The notes below the pieces were generated by a model, which was not told where the DNA came from, made no database searches, and saw only the letters and a program-made list of their open reading frames with translations. The translations under genes and the position numbers were made by a program. DNA of 64,000 bases, from contig CBDBDQ010000005.1 in NCBI GenBank assembly GCA_965203905.1, positions 4,256,001 to 4,320,000 of the forward strand, in the 5' to 3' direction. The stretch is from Spirochaetia bacterium. GTDB taxonomy: Bacteria; Spirochaetota; Spirochaetia; SZUA-6; Bin103. Below, in pieces: positions 49,454 to 58,970 of this stretch; the stretch's first letter is position 1, and each line of letters starts with the position of its first letter.

Positions 49454-49455
49454 CG

Positions 49456-50406
49456 ATGGGTGCTGCGGACGGGCGTTCGGCGCCGGGCTCCCCGGCAGCG
49501 GCGCGACGGCGGGTGGTGATCACCGGGGCGGCCGGTTACATCGCCGGGCTGATGCTGCCGGGACTGCGCAAGCGCTACGACCTGACCCTGCTCGACGTAC
49601 GCTCCGTCGATCGCGAGGGCGACCCGGTGGCAGGCGTGGTGGCCGCGGATCTGACGGACAGGGATCGGGATGCCTACCGTGCCCACTTCACGGGTGCCGA
49701 CGCGGTGGTGCACGCCGCCTTCGTGCGTCCGGACGAACGCGCGGAGACTCCCGTCGCGGGGAGGAGCACCCTCCCCGGCGGCCGCGACTCGAGCGCGTCG
49801 CAGGGCGAAGCGCGGTTCCGCGCCGAGTTCGCCAACGTGGAGATGGCCTACAACGTGTACCAGGCGGCGCGCGAGGAGGGAGTGCGGCGGGTGGTGATGA
49901 TCAGTTCCAACCACGCCGCCGACTACTACGAGCCGCTGATCCTGGACGGCGCCTGGGACCTGGTCACGCCTGACATGCAGGAGCGCGCGGTGGGCTACTA
50001 CGGCTGGGCCAAGGCCACCTACGAGCACCTGGGGTTCATCTTCGCCCAGGGCGGTCCGGGAGAGGCGCCGCTGGAGAACGTGCAGATCCGCATCGGCGGC
50101 CCGCGCGAGGATGACCTGGAGCGGATCGAGCCGGGCGACATGCGCCGCGTGCGGCGCGCGCTGGCGGTGTACCTGAGCCGGCGCGACCTGGTGCAGCTCA
50201 TCGTCAAGAGCATCGAGACCGCCGACATCCGCGACCGCCACGGGCTGCCGTTCCAGGTGTTCTACGGCATCAGCGGCAACTCGCACGCCTTCTGGAGCAT
50301 CGCCAACGCGCGCCGCGTGATCGGCTACGCGCCGCAGGACAACAGCGAGCTGCGCTTCCGCGAGCAACTCGCCCGCCACCTGTCCGCTGCCGCCGGCCGC
50401 GAGTGA
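49456..50406 (+). CDS. NAD-dependent epimerase/dehydrogenase (uronate dehydrogenase-like)
   Basis: TGAAGYIA, SSNHA, YGWAK, YGISGN. Confidence 0.85.
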   Translation: MGAADGRSAPGSPAAARRRVVITGAAGYIAGLMLPGLRKRYDLTLLDVRSVDREGDPVAGVVAADLTDRDRDAYRAHFTGADAVVHAAFVRPDERAETPVAGRSTLPGGRDSSASQGEARFRAEFANVEMAYNVYQAAREEGVRRVVMISSNHAADYYEPLILDGAWDLVTPDMQERAVGYYGWAKATYEHLGFIFAQGGPGEAPLENVQIRIGGPREDDLERIEPGDMRRVRRALAVYLSRRDLVQLIVKSIETADIRDRHGLPFQVFYGISGNSHAFWSIANARRVIGYAPQDNSELRFREQLARHLSAAAGRE

Positions 50407-52178
50407 GCGTCCGTCAGTCGATGCCGGACATGCCGCGCGCGGGCCGCGTGGCCGACGCGTTCCGCGGGCACAAGGTACTGATCGGGCTGTCGGCGGCCAG
50501 CGGCCTGCTCTTCGCGGCCACCACGCTGATTCCCCCGCTTTACGTGCGCCGCCTGATCGCCGCCATCACCGGCGCATCCGCCGGGGGCGGGGCGGACGGT
50601 GTCTCCCTGGTCGTGGTGATCGCCGTGCTGGTGGGCGTGTTCCTGCTGCGCGGCGCCGCCCGCTACCTGTACGGCATGACCTCCCACCAGGCCGCCTACG
50701 CGCTGCTGGCCGACCTGCTGCAACGGGTGTACCGCCATCTTCAGGGGCTCTCCCATCGCTTCTTCGCCGGCAGCCGCACCGGCACCCTGATCGCGCGCTC
50801 GGTGAGCGACGTGGAGGCGCTGGAGGACTTCGTCGCGCACGGCGTCCCGGAGCTGGTGCAGGCGGTGGCCATCCCGCTGGCGATGATCGTGGTGCTGTTG
50901 GTCATCGATCCGCTGCTCACCCTGGTCGTGCTCAGCCCGCTGCCGGTCGCGGCGCTGGTCATCTTTCTGCTGACCCGCAATATCCGTGCACAGTGGCGCA
51001 GCGTGCGGCAGCGTTACGCGGAGGTGGTGGCGCTGGTGGAGGACAGCCTGCAGGGTATGAGTGAGATCAAGTCGTTCACCCGCGAGCCGGAGCAGGCACG
51101 GCGCATCGCCCGGCTGGCCGGCGAATACCGCGACGACATCATCCGTGCCACCCACCGTTCGCTGCTGCCCTCCGGGATCGTGGAGATGACCGGTGGTCTG
51201 GGCGTGATCCTGGCGGTGGGCGCGGGTGGCGCCGCCGCTCTCGGCGGCGGGTTGCAGGTGGCCGACCTGTACCTGTTCCTGGCCTATCTGACCTTCATCT
51301 ACCAGCCGTTTCTGAAGCTTGCGGATATCGGTGAGGTGCTGTTTCGCGCCCTGGCCAGCTACCGGCGTGTCGACGAGCTGCTGACCATCCAGGCGGACAT
51401 CGTCAGTCCGCCGAACGCACTGGTGCCGGTCTCCTGCTCCGGCTCGGTGGAGTTGGACGAGGTCACGTTCTGCTACCGGCCCGGTGAGCCGGTGCTGCAC
51501 CGGCTCGGCCTCACCGTGCAGCCGGGCGAGGTGGTCTCCCTGGCCGGACCGACGGGCGCCGGCAAGACCACGGTTACGCGGCTGGTGCCGCGCTTCTACG
51601 ACCCCGACGCCGGCCGCGTGCTGGTCGGCGGCCACGACGTGCGCACCCTGGATCTGGGGTGGCTGCGCCGCCAGGTGGCGGTGGTGAGCCAGGACGTGTT
51701 CCTGTTCCACGGCAGCGTGAGAGACAACATCCTGTTCGGCCGCCCCGACGCCGGCGCCGCCGCCGTCCACGGGGCCGCCCGCGCGGCCAACGCCGAGGAG
51801 TTCATCCGCGAACTGCCGGACGGCTACGACACCGTGGTGGGCGACCGCGGCGTGCGCCTGTCCGGCGGCCAGCGCCAGCGCGTGGCGATCGCCCGCGCCC
51901 TGCTCAAGGACGCGCCGATCCTGATCCTCGACGAGGCCACCTCATCGGTGGACGCCGAGACCGAAGAGCTGATCCAGCAGGCGATGGGCCGGCTGCTTGC
52001 CGGGCGCACCGCCCTGGTGATCGCCCACCGCCGCTCCACCATCGAACGCGCCGACCGGGTAGTGGTACTGGAAGCGGGCCGGGTCATCGAGAGCGGCACC
52101 GCCGCCGAGCTGCTGGCGTCGGCCGGGCGCTACCGAAGTTTGATGGAAGCGCAACTTGAGCCCGCTGTCGCCAGATGA
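50403..52178 (+). CDS. ABC exporter, fused permease-ATPase
   Basis: TM domain; GPTGAGKT, LSGGQRQR, DEATSSVD. Confidence 0.93.
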   Translation: MSVRQSMPDMPRAGRVADAFRGHKVLIGLSAASGLLFAATTLIPPLYVRRLIAAITGASAGGGADGVSLVVVIAVLVGVFLLRGAARYLYGMTSHQAAYALLADLLQRVYRHLQGLSHRFFAGSRTGTLIARSVSDVEALEDFVAHGVPELVQAVAIPLAMIVVLLVIDPLLTLVVLSPLPVAALVIFLLTRNIRAQWRSVRQRYAEVVALVEDSLQGMSEIKSFTREPEQARRIARLAGEYRDDIIRATHRSLLPSGIVEMTGGLGVILAVGAGGAAALGGGLQVADLYLFLAYLTFIYQPFLKLADIGEVLFRALASYRRVDELLTIQADIVSPPNALVPVSCSGSVELDEVTFCYRPGEPVLHRLGLTVQPGEVVSLAGPTGAGKTTVTRLVPRFYDPDAGRVLVGGHDVRTLDLGWLRRQVAVVSQDVFLFHGSVRDNILFGRPDAGAAAVHGAARAANAEEFIRELPDGYDTVVGDRGVRLSGGQRQRVAIARALLKDAPILILDEATSSVDAETEELIQQAMGRLLAGRTALVIAHRRSTIERADRVVVLEAGRVIESGTAAELLASAGRYRSLMEAQLEPAVAR

Positions 52179-52243
52179 CATCACAGCCGCGAGACCGGTG
52201 CCCGTCAAGTATTGCGGACGGCCTGTGGTACAAGGCCGGGACC

Positions 52244-54013
52244 CTACGCAGCGACCGTCACCTCGTCGCTGTCCGCCAGTTCCCAGCCGCGGAACACCAG
52301 CGCCAGGCCCTTGAACTCCACGTCCGGGTAGCGGCGCGCCAGCCGGTCGTCGGCAAGGTAGCGGCGCAGTTGCGCAACCGCCTCCGTCGCCTTGGTCTGC
52401 ACCTGCGCCTCCGCTTGCGGGTCGCGCCGCACGTACTTGAGTTCGATCACGAAGCCGTGACGCATGCCCGGATAGCGCTCCGGGCGCGGCACCAGCACGA
52501 TGTCCGCGTAGCCCTTCGCCAGCTCCATCTCGGTGTGGAACACGAAGTAGCCGGACGCGCTCAGGTAGGCCGCCAGGAAACCCTGCACCACCTTCTCGCC
52601 CTGCAGGTAGTCGCGGATGCCGGTGTGCTCCGCGATGGCGGCGCTGAGGCGCTCGATGGCCGGTTGCCACGCGCCCTCCAGCGCCATCTGCCGTGTGAGC
52701 CGGTCGAACTCCACCAGGTCCAGCGAAAACACGCCCACGTCGCGGTAGGCGTCCCGCAGATAGCCGTACATCAGCCGTCGCACGGTCTGGTTGGGAATGC
52801 CGAGCCGCGGCACGCCGGCCGCCACTCCGCGGATGCTCAGCAGGCCGAAGTAGTGCATCAGCGAGAGGAAGTTCTCGCGCTGGTCGAGCCGGGCCTGCGG
52901 AAAGCTGGTCGCGATCTTGCTGTCTGCCCGCCCTTCGGCGATCACGTCGCGCAGCAGGTCGAAGTTGCCGTTCAACCGGCGCCCGACTGTGAGCAGATGG
53001 CGCAGCTTGCCGTAGTCGATGCGCACGTTGTCGTCGATCAGCTCGTCCGGTCCCGGTTTGTTCGGCACGGAGTGCTTCAGGTAGTAGAGCACCATGTCGG
53101 TGTTGTAGACGACGTTCTCGGCAGCCGTCGCGAACCGGTAGCCGTCGTACCACTCCCGCATCGTATCCAGCGCGGCAGTCACGTCCTGATCGAACACGTC
53201 CAGATTCCGGTACGTGTCCAGCATGTGCCGCACCTCGTCTTCGGTGAAGCCGAGCATCTCGTTGAATTCGGGATCGAGACTCAGGTTGGAGCCGATGTTG
53301 AAGCCGCTTGTCACGTCGTCCATGGTGACCGGCGAGACGCCGGTGACGAACAGCCGTTCGACGCTGCCGTTCTCCGTGCCCGCCTTGAGGGTGGCAAAGA
53401 AGCTGCGGTAGAAGCCGCCGCCGTGGGTGAGGGCGTGGTAAGCGTCCGCCCCACGGTGTGCCAGGATCGTGTTGGCGAAGTTGTCATACTCGTCGATCAG
53501 GACGTAAAGCGGGATGCCGTGCCTGGCGGCATGCAGAAACAGCACGTTGAGCTGGTCGTTGATGGTCGGCTGCGAGCAGATGCGATGGCGTGCCGGTTCC
53601 GGGAACAACACCGGGTACGCTTCCAGCGCGTAGGTGAGCTGGACGTGACAGTAGTTCTCGAAGTTCCGCTCCAGCGTCTCCAGGGCGTTGTTGAAGGCGG
53701 AGAAGTTGAGACGCAGCACGACGTACCGGCCGCGGTTGGGCGTGGGGTTGCGGCCGATGTCGGTACCGGCGAACAGCGCCTCGAAGTCGTCGGCCTGGTT
53801 TCGGTCGTAGTAGCTCTCCATCATCGACAGCCAGCAGGTCTTGCCGAACCGTCGCGGGCGGATGAAGAACACGAACCGCTCCTGCTCCAGCGCGTGCAGG
53901 AAGCGTGTCTTGTCGACGTACAGGCAGCCCTCCCGGCGGATGCCCCTGAAGTAGGCGAGTCCGTAGGGGATTGCCGGTACGTGCGCGAGGTCGCCGGGAG
54001 CGGCAGCGGACAT
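52244..54013 (-). CDS. AAA-ATPase-like protein with C-terminal PD-(D/E)XK nuclease
   Basis: YVDKT, RPRRFGKT, IDEYD, GYADI..IELK; TAGGAT-N6-ATG. Confidence 0.9.
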   Translation of the reverse strand: MSAAAPGDLAHVPAIPYGLAYFRGIRREGCLYVDKTRFLHALEQERFVFFIRPRRFGKTCWLSMMESYYDRNQADDFEALFAGTDIGRNPTPNRGRYVVLRLNFSAFNNALETLERNFENYCHVQLTYALEAYPVLFPEPARHRICSQPTINDQLNVLFLHAARHGIPLYVLIDEYDNFANTILAHRGADAYHALTHGGGFYRSFFATLKAGTENGSVERLFVTGVSPVTMDDVTSGFNIGSNLSLDPEFNEMLGFTEDEVRHMLDTYRNLDVFDQDVTAALDTMREWYDGYRFATAAENVVYNTDMVLYYLKHSVPNKPGPDELIDDNVRIDYGKLRHLLTVGRRLNGNFDLLRDVIAEGRADSKIATSFPQARLDQRENFLSLMHYFGLLSIRGVAAGVPRLGIPNQTVRRLMYGYLRDAYRDVGVFSLDLVEFDRLTRQMALEGAWQPAIERLSAAIAEHTGIRDYLQGEKVVQGFLAAYLSASGYFVFHTEMELAKGYADIVLVPRPERYPGMRHGFVIELKYVRRDPQAEAQVQTKATEAVAQLRRYLADDRLARRYPDVEFKGLALVFRGWELADSDEVTVAA

Positions 54014-54054
54014 GCGAGTATCCTACCAGACGAGCGCCTCGCGGTCGCTCACTC

Positions 54055-54090
54055 CGGTTGATGCCGCCGCCACGGCGGCGGCATCAACCG
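54055..54090. terminator. Perfect 17-bp inverted repeat (hairpin, no U-tract)
   Basis: cggttgatgccgccgcc-ac-ggcggcggcatcaaccg downstream of the SBP gene. Confidence 0.65.
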
Positions 54091-54155
54091 AGAGGGAAGG
54101 ATTGCAGGCGACGGAGGCGAATCGTTCGCCCCCGCCGCAAATCCTCGACTTACTC

Positions 54156-55604
54156 CTACTGGTAGGCCTCGTAGGCGGCGTTCATGATTTCCAGGTACTG
54201 GGGCAGGCCGATCTTGTCGAGCTCGGCCAGGAAGTTGTTCCAGTCGTTGTCGTCGTTGATGTCCAGGCGGCCGGTCACGAACTTGGCCGCCGACTCGTAG
54301 ACGAACTCGTTGACCACCGAGCGGATCTCGGACACGGTCTTGGCGTCGTCGACGCCGAGCGCCATGCGCGGCACCCACACCTCGGGGATGTGGTCGTAGT
54401 ACACGTGCGACGAGTCGATCAGGAAGCCCTCGTAGTTGAACTCGTCGGGATCGCCGCTGGAGCCGCCGAACAGGTCGGAGGGCATGAAGAACGGCGACGA
54501 GTGGATCCACGCCTGGGTCTGCTGCGGCTCCAGGAATACCGCGTCGGCGCCCAGGTTGGTGTGCACCGCCGGCTCACCGTTGATGCCGATCTCACCGGGC
54601 TCGGCCCAGCGCCAGTCGACGCCGAACACGCCCCACCAGTTGCGCACCGACGCCTCGCGCGAATACATGAAGTCGATCCACTTGTAGATTGCGGCCGGGT
54701 TGTCGGCGTCCGTGGTGATGGCGGCGCTGTCGTGGACCTTGGGACCGGGCGGGAAGTAGCCGGCGGTCGCGTGGCCGTCCGGTCCGCGCAGTGGCGGCAC
54801 CCGGCGGAAGTCGCCGGAGCCGCCCTCGTAACCGCCGCGCCAGGCGCCCAGCATGCCGCGGTGGCCGACCGTGCCGGCGCCCACCCGCGGCGGATCGCCC
54901 TCGACCAGCGGCGCCAGCGCCGACCGGTCGCGCACGAACATCTCCTCGTCGATCAGCCCCTCGGCTAACAGGCTGTGCTCGTAGCGCATGCCCTCGCGCC
55001 ACCCGGCCTGCACGAAGGCAGCCACGATCGCGCCGTCCTGGACGTTGAGCATGTTGTTGTCGTCGGTGTACAGGAACGCGTTCAGCAGGAATGGCCAGGG
55101 GCGCGTATGCCAGCTGGTGGCGAAGCCGGACAGCGGCAGCTCGTCGGCGACCCCGTTGCCGTTGGGATTCTGGGTCTTGAAGGCGCGCAGCACCTCGCGC
55201 AGCTCCTCGGTGGTGGTGGGAATCTCCAGGCCGAGCTTGTCCAGCCACACCTGGTTGATCCACATCTTCTGCGCCACGCCGCAGTGGTAGCACTCCTCGT
55301 AGGCGGTGAGCACGTACACGTTGCCGTCCGGCCCGGCGCTCTCCTTGAGGAAGTTGGGCGCCGCCTTGACCACGTCCTTGATGAAGAAACCGTGCTCTTC
55401 GATGATGTCGTTCAGCGGGATGAACAGCCCCTGCGAGCCGTACAGGTGCTTCTCGTCGTGGGTGATGTTCATGCCCATCATCATGTCGTGCAGCTCGCCG
55501 CCGCTGTTCATGACCAGGGTGAACTTCGCCTTGGCGTCCTCGGAGCTGTTGACGGCGTCCCACTCCCAGTGGATGTTGGTCTGTTCCTCCATCCACTTGG
55601 TCAT
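54156..55604 (-). CDS. Carbohydrate ABC substrate-binding protein lacking its N-terminus and signal peptide
   Basis: Starts MTKWMEEQTNIHWEW; WLDKLGLEIPTT.EEL..VL.AFK, NGNG..DE; AAGGAGGAGG RBS. Confidence 0.8.
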   Translation of the reverse strand: MTKWMEEQTNIHWEWDAVNSSEDAKAKFTLVMNSGGELHDMMMGMNITHDEKHLYGSQGLFIPLNDIIEEHGFFIKDVVKAAPNFLKESAGPDGNVYVLTAYEECYHCGVAQKMWINQVWLDKLGLEIPTTTEELREVLRAFKTQNPNGNGVADELPLSGFATSWHTRPWPFLLNAFLYTDDNNMLNVQDGAIVAAFVQAGWREGMRYEHSLLAEGLIDEEMFVRDRSALAPLVEGDPPRVGAGTVGHRGMLGAWRGGYEGGSGDFRRVPPLRGPDGHATAGYFPPGPKVHDSAAITTDADNPAAIYKWIDFMYSREASVRNWWGVFGVDWRWAEPGEIGINGEPAVHTNLGADAVFLEPQQTQAWIHSSPFFMPSDLFGGSSGDPDEFNYEGFLIDSSHVYYDHIPEVWVPRMALGVDDAKTVSEIRSVVNEFVYESAAKFVTGRLDINDDNDWNNFLAELDKIGLPQYLEIMNAAYEAYQ

Positions 55605-55644
55605 CTCGTTGACCTCCTCCTTGAAATGTGCGGGATGGAGAGGC

Positions 55645-56484
55645 TCATCCCTTCAGCGATCCAATCAATACGCCTCTCAGGAAATACCTCTGCAAGAACG
55701 GGTAGAGCATCAGCACCGGCACGCTGGCCACCACGATCATCGCGAACTTGATCAGCTCACGGAGCTGCGCCTGGGCCGCGTCGGAGCCGGCGGCGATGGC
55801 GAACAACGTAGCGTCCATCGAGTTCACCACCAGGATGTTGCGCAGCACGATCTGTAGCGGGAACAGCCACTGATTGTTCAGATACAGGAACGCCTCGAAA
55901 AAAGAATTCCACTTGTACACCGCGTAGAACAGGGTGTTCACGGCGATGATCGCCCCGGAGATCGGCAGCACCACGTGCCAGAAAAACTGAATGTCGCTGC
56001 TGCCGTCGATCTGCGCCGCCTCCAGCAACTCCTCCGGGACGTTCACCTGGAAGAAGGTGCGGGTGATGATCACATTCCAGGCCGCCACCGCGGTGGGAAT
56101 CAGCATTGCCCAGCGGGTGTTGATCATGCCTGCGTCGCGCACCACCAGGTAGGTGGGGATGATGCCGCCGTCGAAGATCATGGTGAACACGAACAGGAAC
56201 ATGTAAATGTTGCGGCCGCGGAAGCGGCGCCGCGACACCGGATAGGCGGCGAGCAGGGTCAGCGCAGATGCCCTTGGCGCGGCGAAGTCCCGGAACGCGA
56301 TCTGGGCGCCGTACATCGGCAGGTACTTGAAGACGATGAACCAGATCACCGGCAGCGCGATGATCAGGTGCAACTGGTAATCGCGGGCCAGGTCGCGCAA
56401 CAGACGGGAGTGGCGGCGGGCACGTGCGCCGCTGGGAGCCAGTGATTCGGACGCCATCGGGGGAGCAGCGCCTACCATACCCAT
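55645..56484 (-). pseudogene. Chimeric sugar ABC permease: N-terminus of permease 1 joined in frame to permease 2
   Basis: FKYLPMYGAQIAFRDF followed by AAYPVSR...EAAQIDG...YPFLQRYF. Confidence 0.75.
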
Positions 56485-56539
56485 GGCCGGTACGGGCGTC
56501 TAGCGTGTTGGCAGGTGTTGGCGGACGGACCGCCCGCCT

Positions 56540-57565
56540 CTATGCCCGCACTTCGCCGCGTCGTCGCATCTCGTGCTTGACCCGGCACAGGATTTCTTCC
56601 GAGAGATGCTTGAAGTCGTGGAACGCGTCCCGGGCGGCGGCCGCGTGGCTGCCGATCGCGCCGTCGGCCGGGGCCAGGGCGAAGATCGGCTTGCGAGCTT
56701 CCTGGGCAAGGGGAACAAGGCTCCGGTAGTGCTTAACCGTTGCTATGGCGTTCCCATCGTCGTCCGCTTCACTTGGCGCTGACGTTCGTTGCTCGTCCAA
56801 GACCCGCGCCGCATATTCGGCAGGCATCTGTCTCGCCCACCGGTCATATGCCTTGACCGGACGGTTCAGACGTACACCGTGCTGTTGAATGAGATAGCCA
56901 ATCGGATCCATGCGTCCCTCCGGGAGTTGGAAGGAATGGGTGTCCCAGTTGTCTCGCCGTTTCTTCCAGTCGGACCGCCAACGCCGGAGGGCGGGCCCAA
57001 GGTTGCGCAGCCCCTGGCGCGAAAACAGGTCGGCGCCGAGCGGCACGATCACGAAGTCGGTGGCGATCAGGGCAGAACGATTGATGGCTCCCAGGCTGGG
57101 GCCGACATCGACCAGAACCACCTGCGCTCCACACTGCCGGGCGCCTGACTGAATGACCTGCCAGAACGAACTGATCACGCGAAACGGCCGATACAGATTC
57201 TGGCTCCCCAGACAATTCGGCCACTCCGTGGACAGGAGATCCTCAAATCCGGACAACGCAAGATCACCCGCAAGAAAGAAGAGCTTATCCGCAATCGGAA
57301 ACAGCCTCGGATTGCGTATATCGCCGACTTCAGCGAGAGGCTGAACGCACTGGTATATGGTGTTTCCTTGATCGCCGCCATCGGTGTCCCACAGCCGTTC
57401 GAGACGGGTCTCTCCAAGAAACGCCGCAGTCAGATTGGCTTGCGGGTCGAGGTCCACAACCAGCACTGTGTGGCTTATCTGGGAGAGCATCCACGAGACG
57501 TGGTAGACCAGCGACGTCTTGCCCACTCCTCCCTTGTTGTTGAAGAACGTGAGAACTGGAGTCAT
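56540..57565 (-). CDS. Orphan ParA/Soj-family ATPase
   Basis: NNKGGVGKTS, DLDPQAN, DVGPSLG; no parB. Confidence 0.9.
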   Translation of the reverse strand: MTPVLTFFNNKGGVGKTSLVYHVSWMLSQISHTVLVVDLDPQANLTAAFLGETRLERLWDTDGGDQGNTIYQCVQPLAEVGDIRNPRLFPIADKLFFLAGDLALSGFEDLLSTEWPNCLGSQNLYRPFRVISSFWQVIQSGARQCGAQVVLVDVGPSLGAINRSALIATDFVIVPLGADLFSRQGLRNLGPALRRWRSDWKKRRDNWDTHSFQLPEGRMDPIGYLIQQHGVRLNRPVKAYDRWARQMPAEYAARVLDEQRTSAPSEADDDGNAIATVKHYRSLVPLAQEARKPIFALAPADGAIGSHAAAARDAFHDFKHLSEEILCRVKHEMRRRGEVRA

Positions 57566-58773
57566 GGTCCTGCCCACACCGTGCAGTTGACCCAGTTCGG
57601 CTCGACCTGGAAAATCGGCTCGCGCTGGCCATTGTCTAGCAGGTGTCGCTTTGCACTTGGTATGCCCGCGCCGTAACGCTGGACCAGACCCAATACGCGC
57701 ATCGCTTCGGCCAAGATCGGGTTGCGGTAGTCGACCAGTCCCGGTCGTCCGAAATTGGCAGCCGAAACGGCGCCGTATGGCCCCCCGGGGCTGGTGATCT
57801 CGATGCGGTCGTCGAACCAGTACACGTGAACAGGGCTGTTGGTGCCCTCGTATGTGCGATGCATGACGGCGTTGCGCGCAAGCTGTTGCAGCGCAGGCAG
57901 CGGATAGGTGGGCGTGCGAATCTCGCGCTCTGCAGAAGTAAAGTCGACGGCGGTGCGGTTGTGGGCGATGAGCTTTTCATCGAGCCGGCTGATCACACTC
58001 AGGAGCGGACCGTCGCAGCGCGCTTCGTCCGTAACCGGATCGCTCAGGTCATGTCCGGCGACGCGAAGGAACTGGACGTAGGCGCCGGGCAGGAACTCCA
58101 GAGGATTCTTTCCTATCACAAGAATGCCGGCGATCGTCGGCGTGGGGCTGGCGTCCGAGCCGATCATTTTGGTGGCAGCGAGCCGTTGCTCGAGCGTACG
58201 TTCGTTCTCCGCAAGTGTGGCGGGATCGACGGCGAGCGGCAGATATTCCTCTTCGAAGCGTCGAAGATCTAGATCTTGGATGCGTGCCGTAGGAATCGGG
58301 ATCGCATCGAAGTGCGGATCGCGATAGCGGCGCTTCTCGTTCAGAATGCGCTCATCCTGAAGGGTGGCGATGGCTCGCCGAGAACCAATTCGGATCCAGG
58401 TCCGTCCCCGGTAGCGCACGGGTGGGGAATCCGATGGCTGGACCAGCACGACCGCAACGGCCGTTTCCTTCAGAATGTGCCTTGCGACCGCGAGAGTCGG
58501 CGGCGGTACGATATTGCCGTCCGTCTTTATGTCGGCAAGCTGCCGCAACAGCCGATCGGTCACTGCGGTGCCGGACGGCTTGCCAGCGTCGTCTGCACCC
58601 ACGAAGATGACGCCCGGCCGGCTATGGTCGGGCAGGTCGTTGGCGAACGCGCACACTGCTTCCCGGATTTCGGTTGGTCCGTCGCCCTGCAATGAACGCT
58701 TGCGCTCGACGAGTTCAGACTCAAGGTCCGTCATCATCTGTTCAAGCTCGGAATCCGAATAGCGTGTTGTCAT
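57562..58773 (-). CDS. Schlafen/AlbA_2 domain protein with HATPase_c_4 (RecG-C-like) domain
   Basis: ESELVERK, CAFAN, GADD; NAVMHR.Y, DRIEITSPGG, RNP.LA, GAGI. Confidence 0.88.
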   Translation of the reverse strand: MTTRYSDSELEQMMTDLESELVERKRSLQGDGPTEIREAVCAFANDLPDHSRPGVIFVGADDAGKPSGTAVTDRLLRQLADIKTDGNIVPPPTLAVARHILKETAVAVVLVQPSDSPPVRYRGRTWIRIGSRRAIATLQDERILNEKRRYRDPHFDAIPIPTARIQDLDLRRFEEEYLPLAVDPATLAENERTLEQRLAATKMIGSDASPTPTIAGILVIGKNPLEFLPGAYVQFLRVAGHDLSDPVTDEARCDGPLLSVISRLDEKLIAHNRTAVDFTSAEREIRTPTYPLPALQQLARNAVMHRTYEGTNSPVHVYWFDDRIEITSPGGPYGAVSAANFGRPGLVDYRNPILAEAMRVLGLVQRYGAGIPSAKRHLLDNGQREPIFQVEPNWVNCTVWAGP

Positions 58774-58970
58774 CTTGTCGGCTCGGAATCCGCCGCACTC
58801 GGCGATGCGGCGAACCTGTCCTCGTGAGAATTGTGCCCTTGATGCCGTTCAACGTCCAGGAGTGCCTTGGGCACGCGGCGGAAACGGCAGAGCTCTAGCC
58901 GGCGCCGGGCGCGGGAACGCTGTCGGGCGGCGCCGCAATCGGGTAGGGTAACCGGCGAGGTATCACAAGC

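Noticed and set aside
52175-54061. Long antisense or shifted ORFs (also 33052-35328, 14782-16590, 25725-27515)
   Set aside because: Shadow frames expected at high GC; no recognisable motifs, and they overlap clear genes.
56540-57565. ParA as evidence of a plasmid or chromosome origin
   Set aside because: No parB, rep, dnaA or iterons seen; housekeeping genes nearby.
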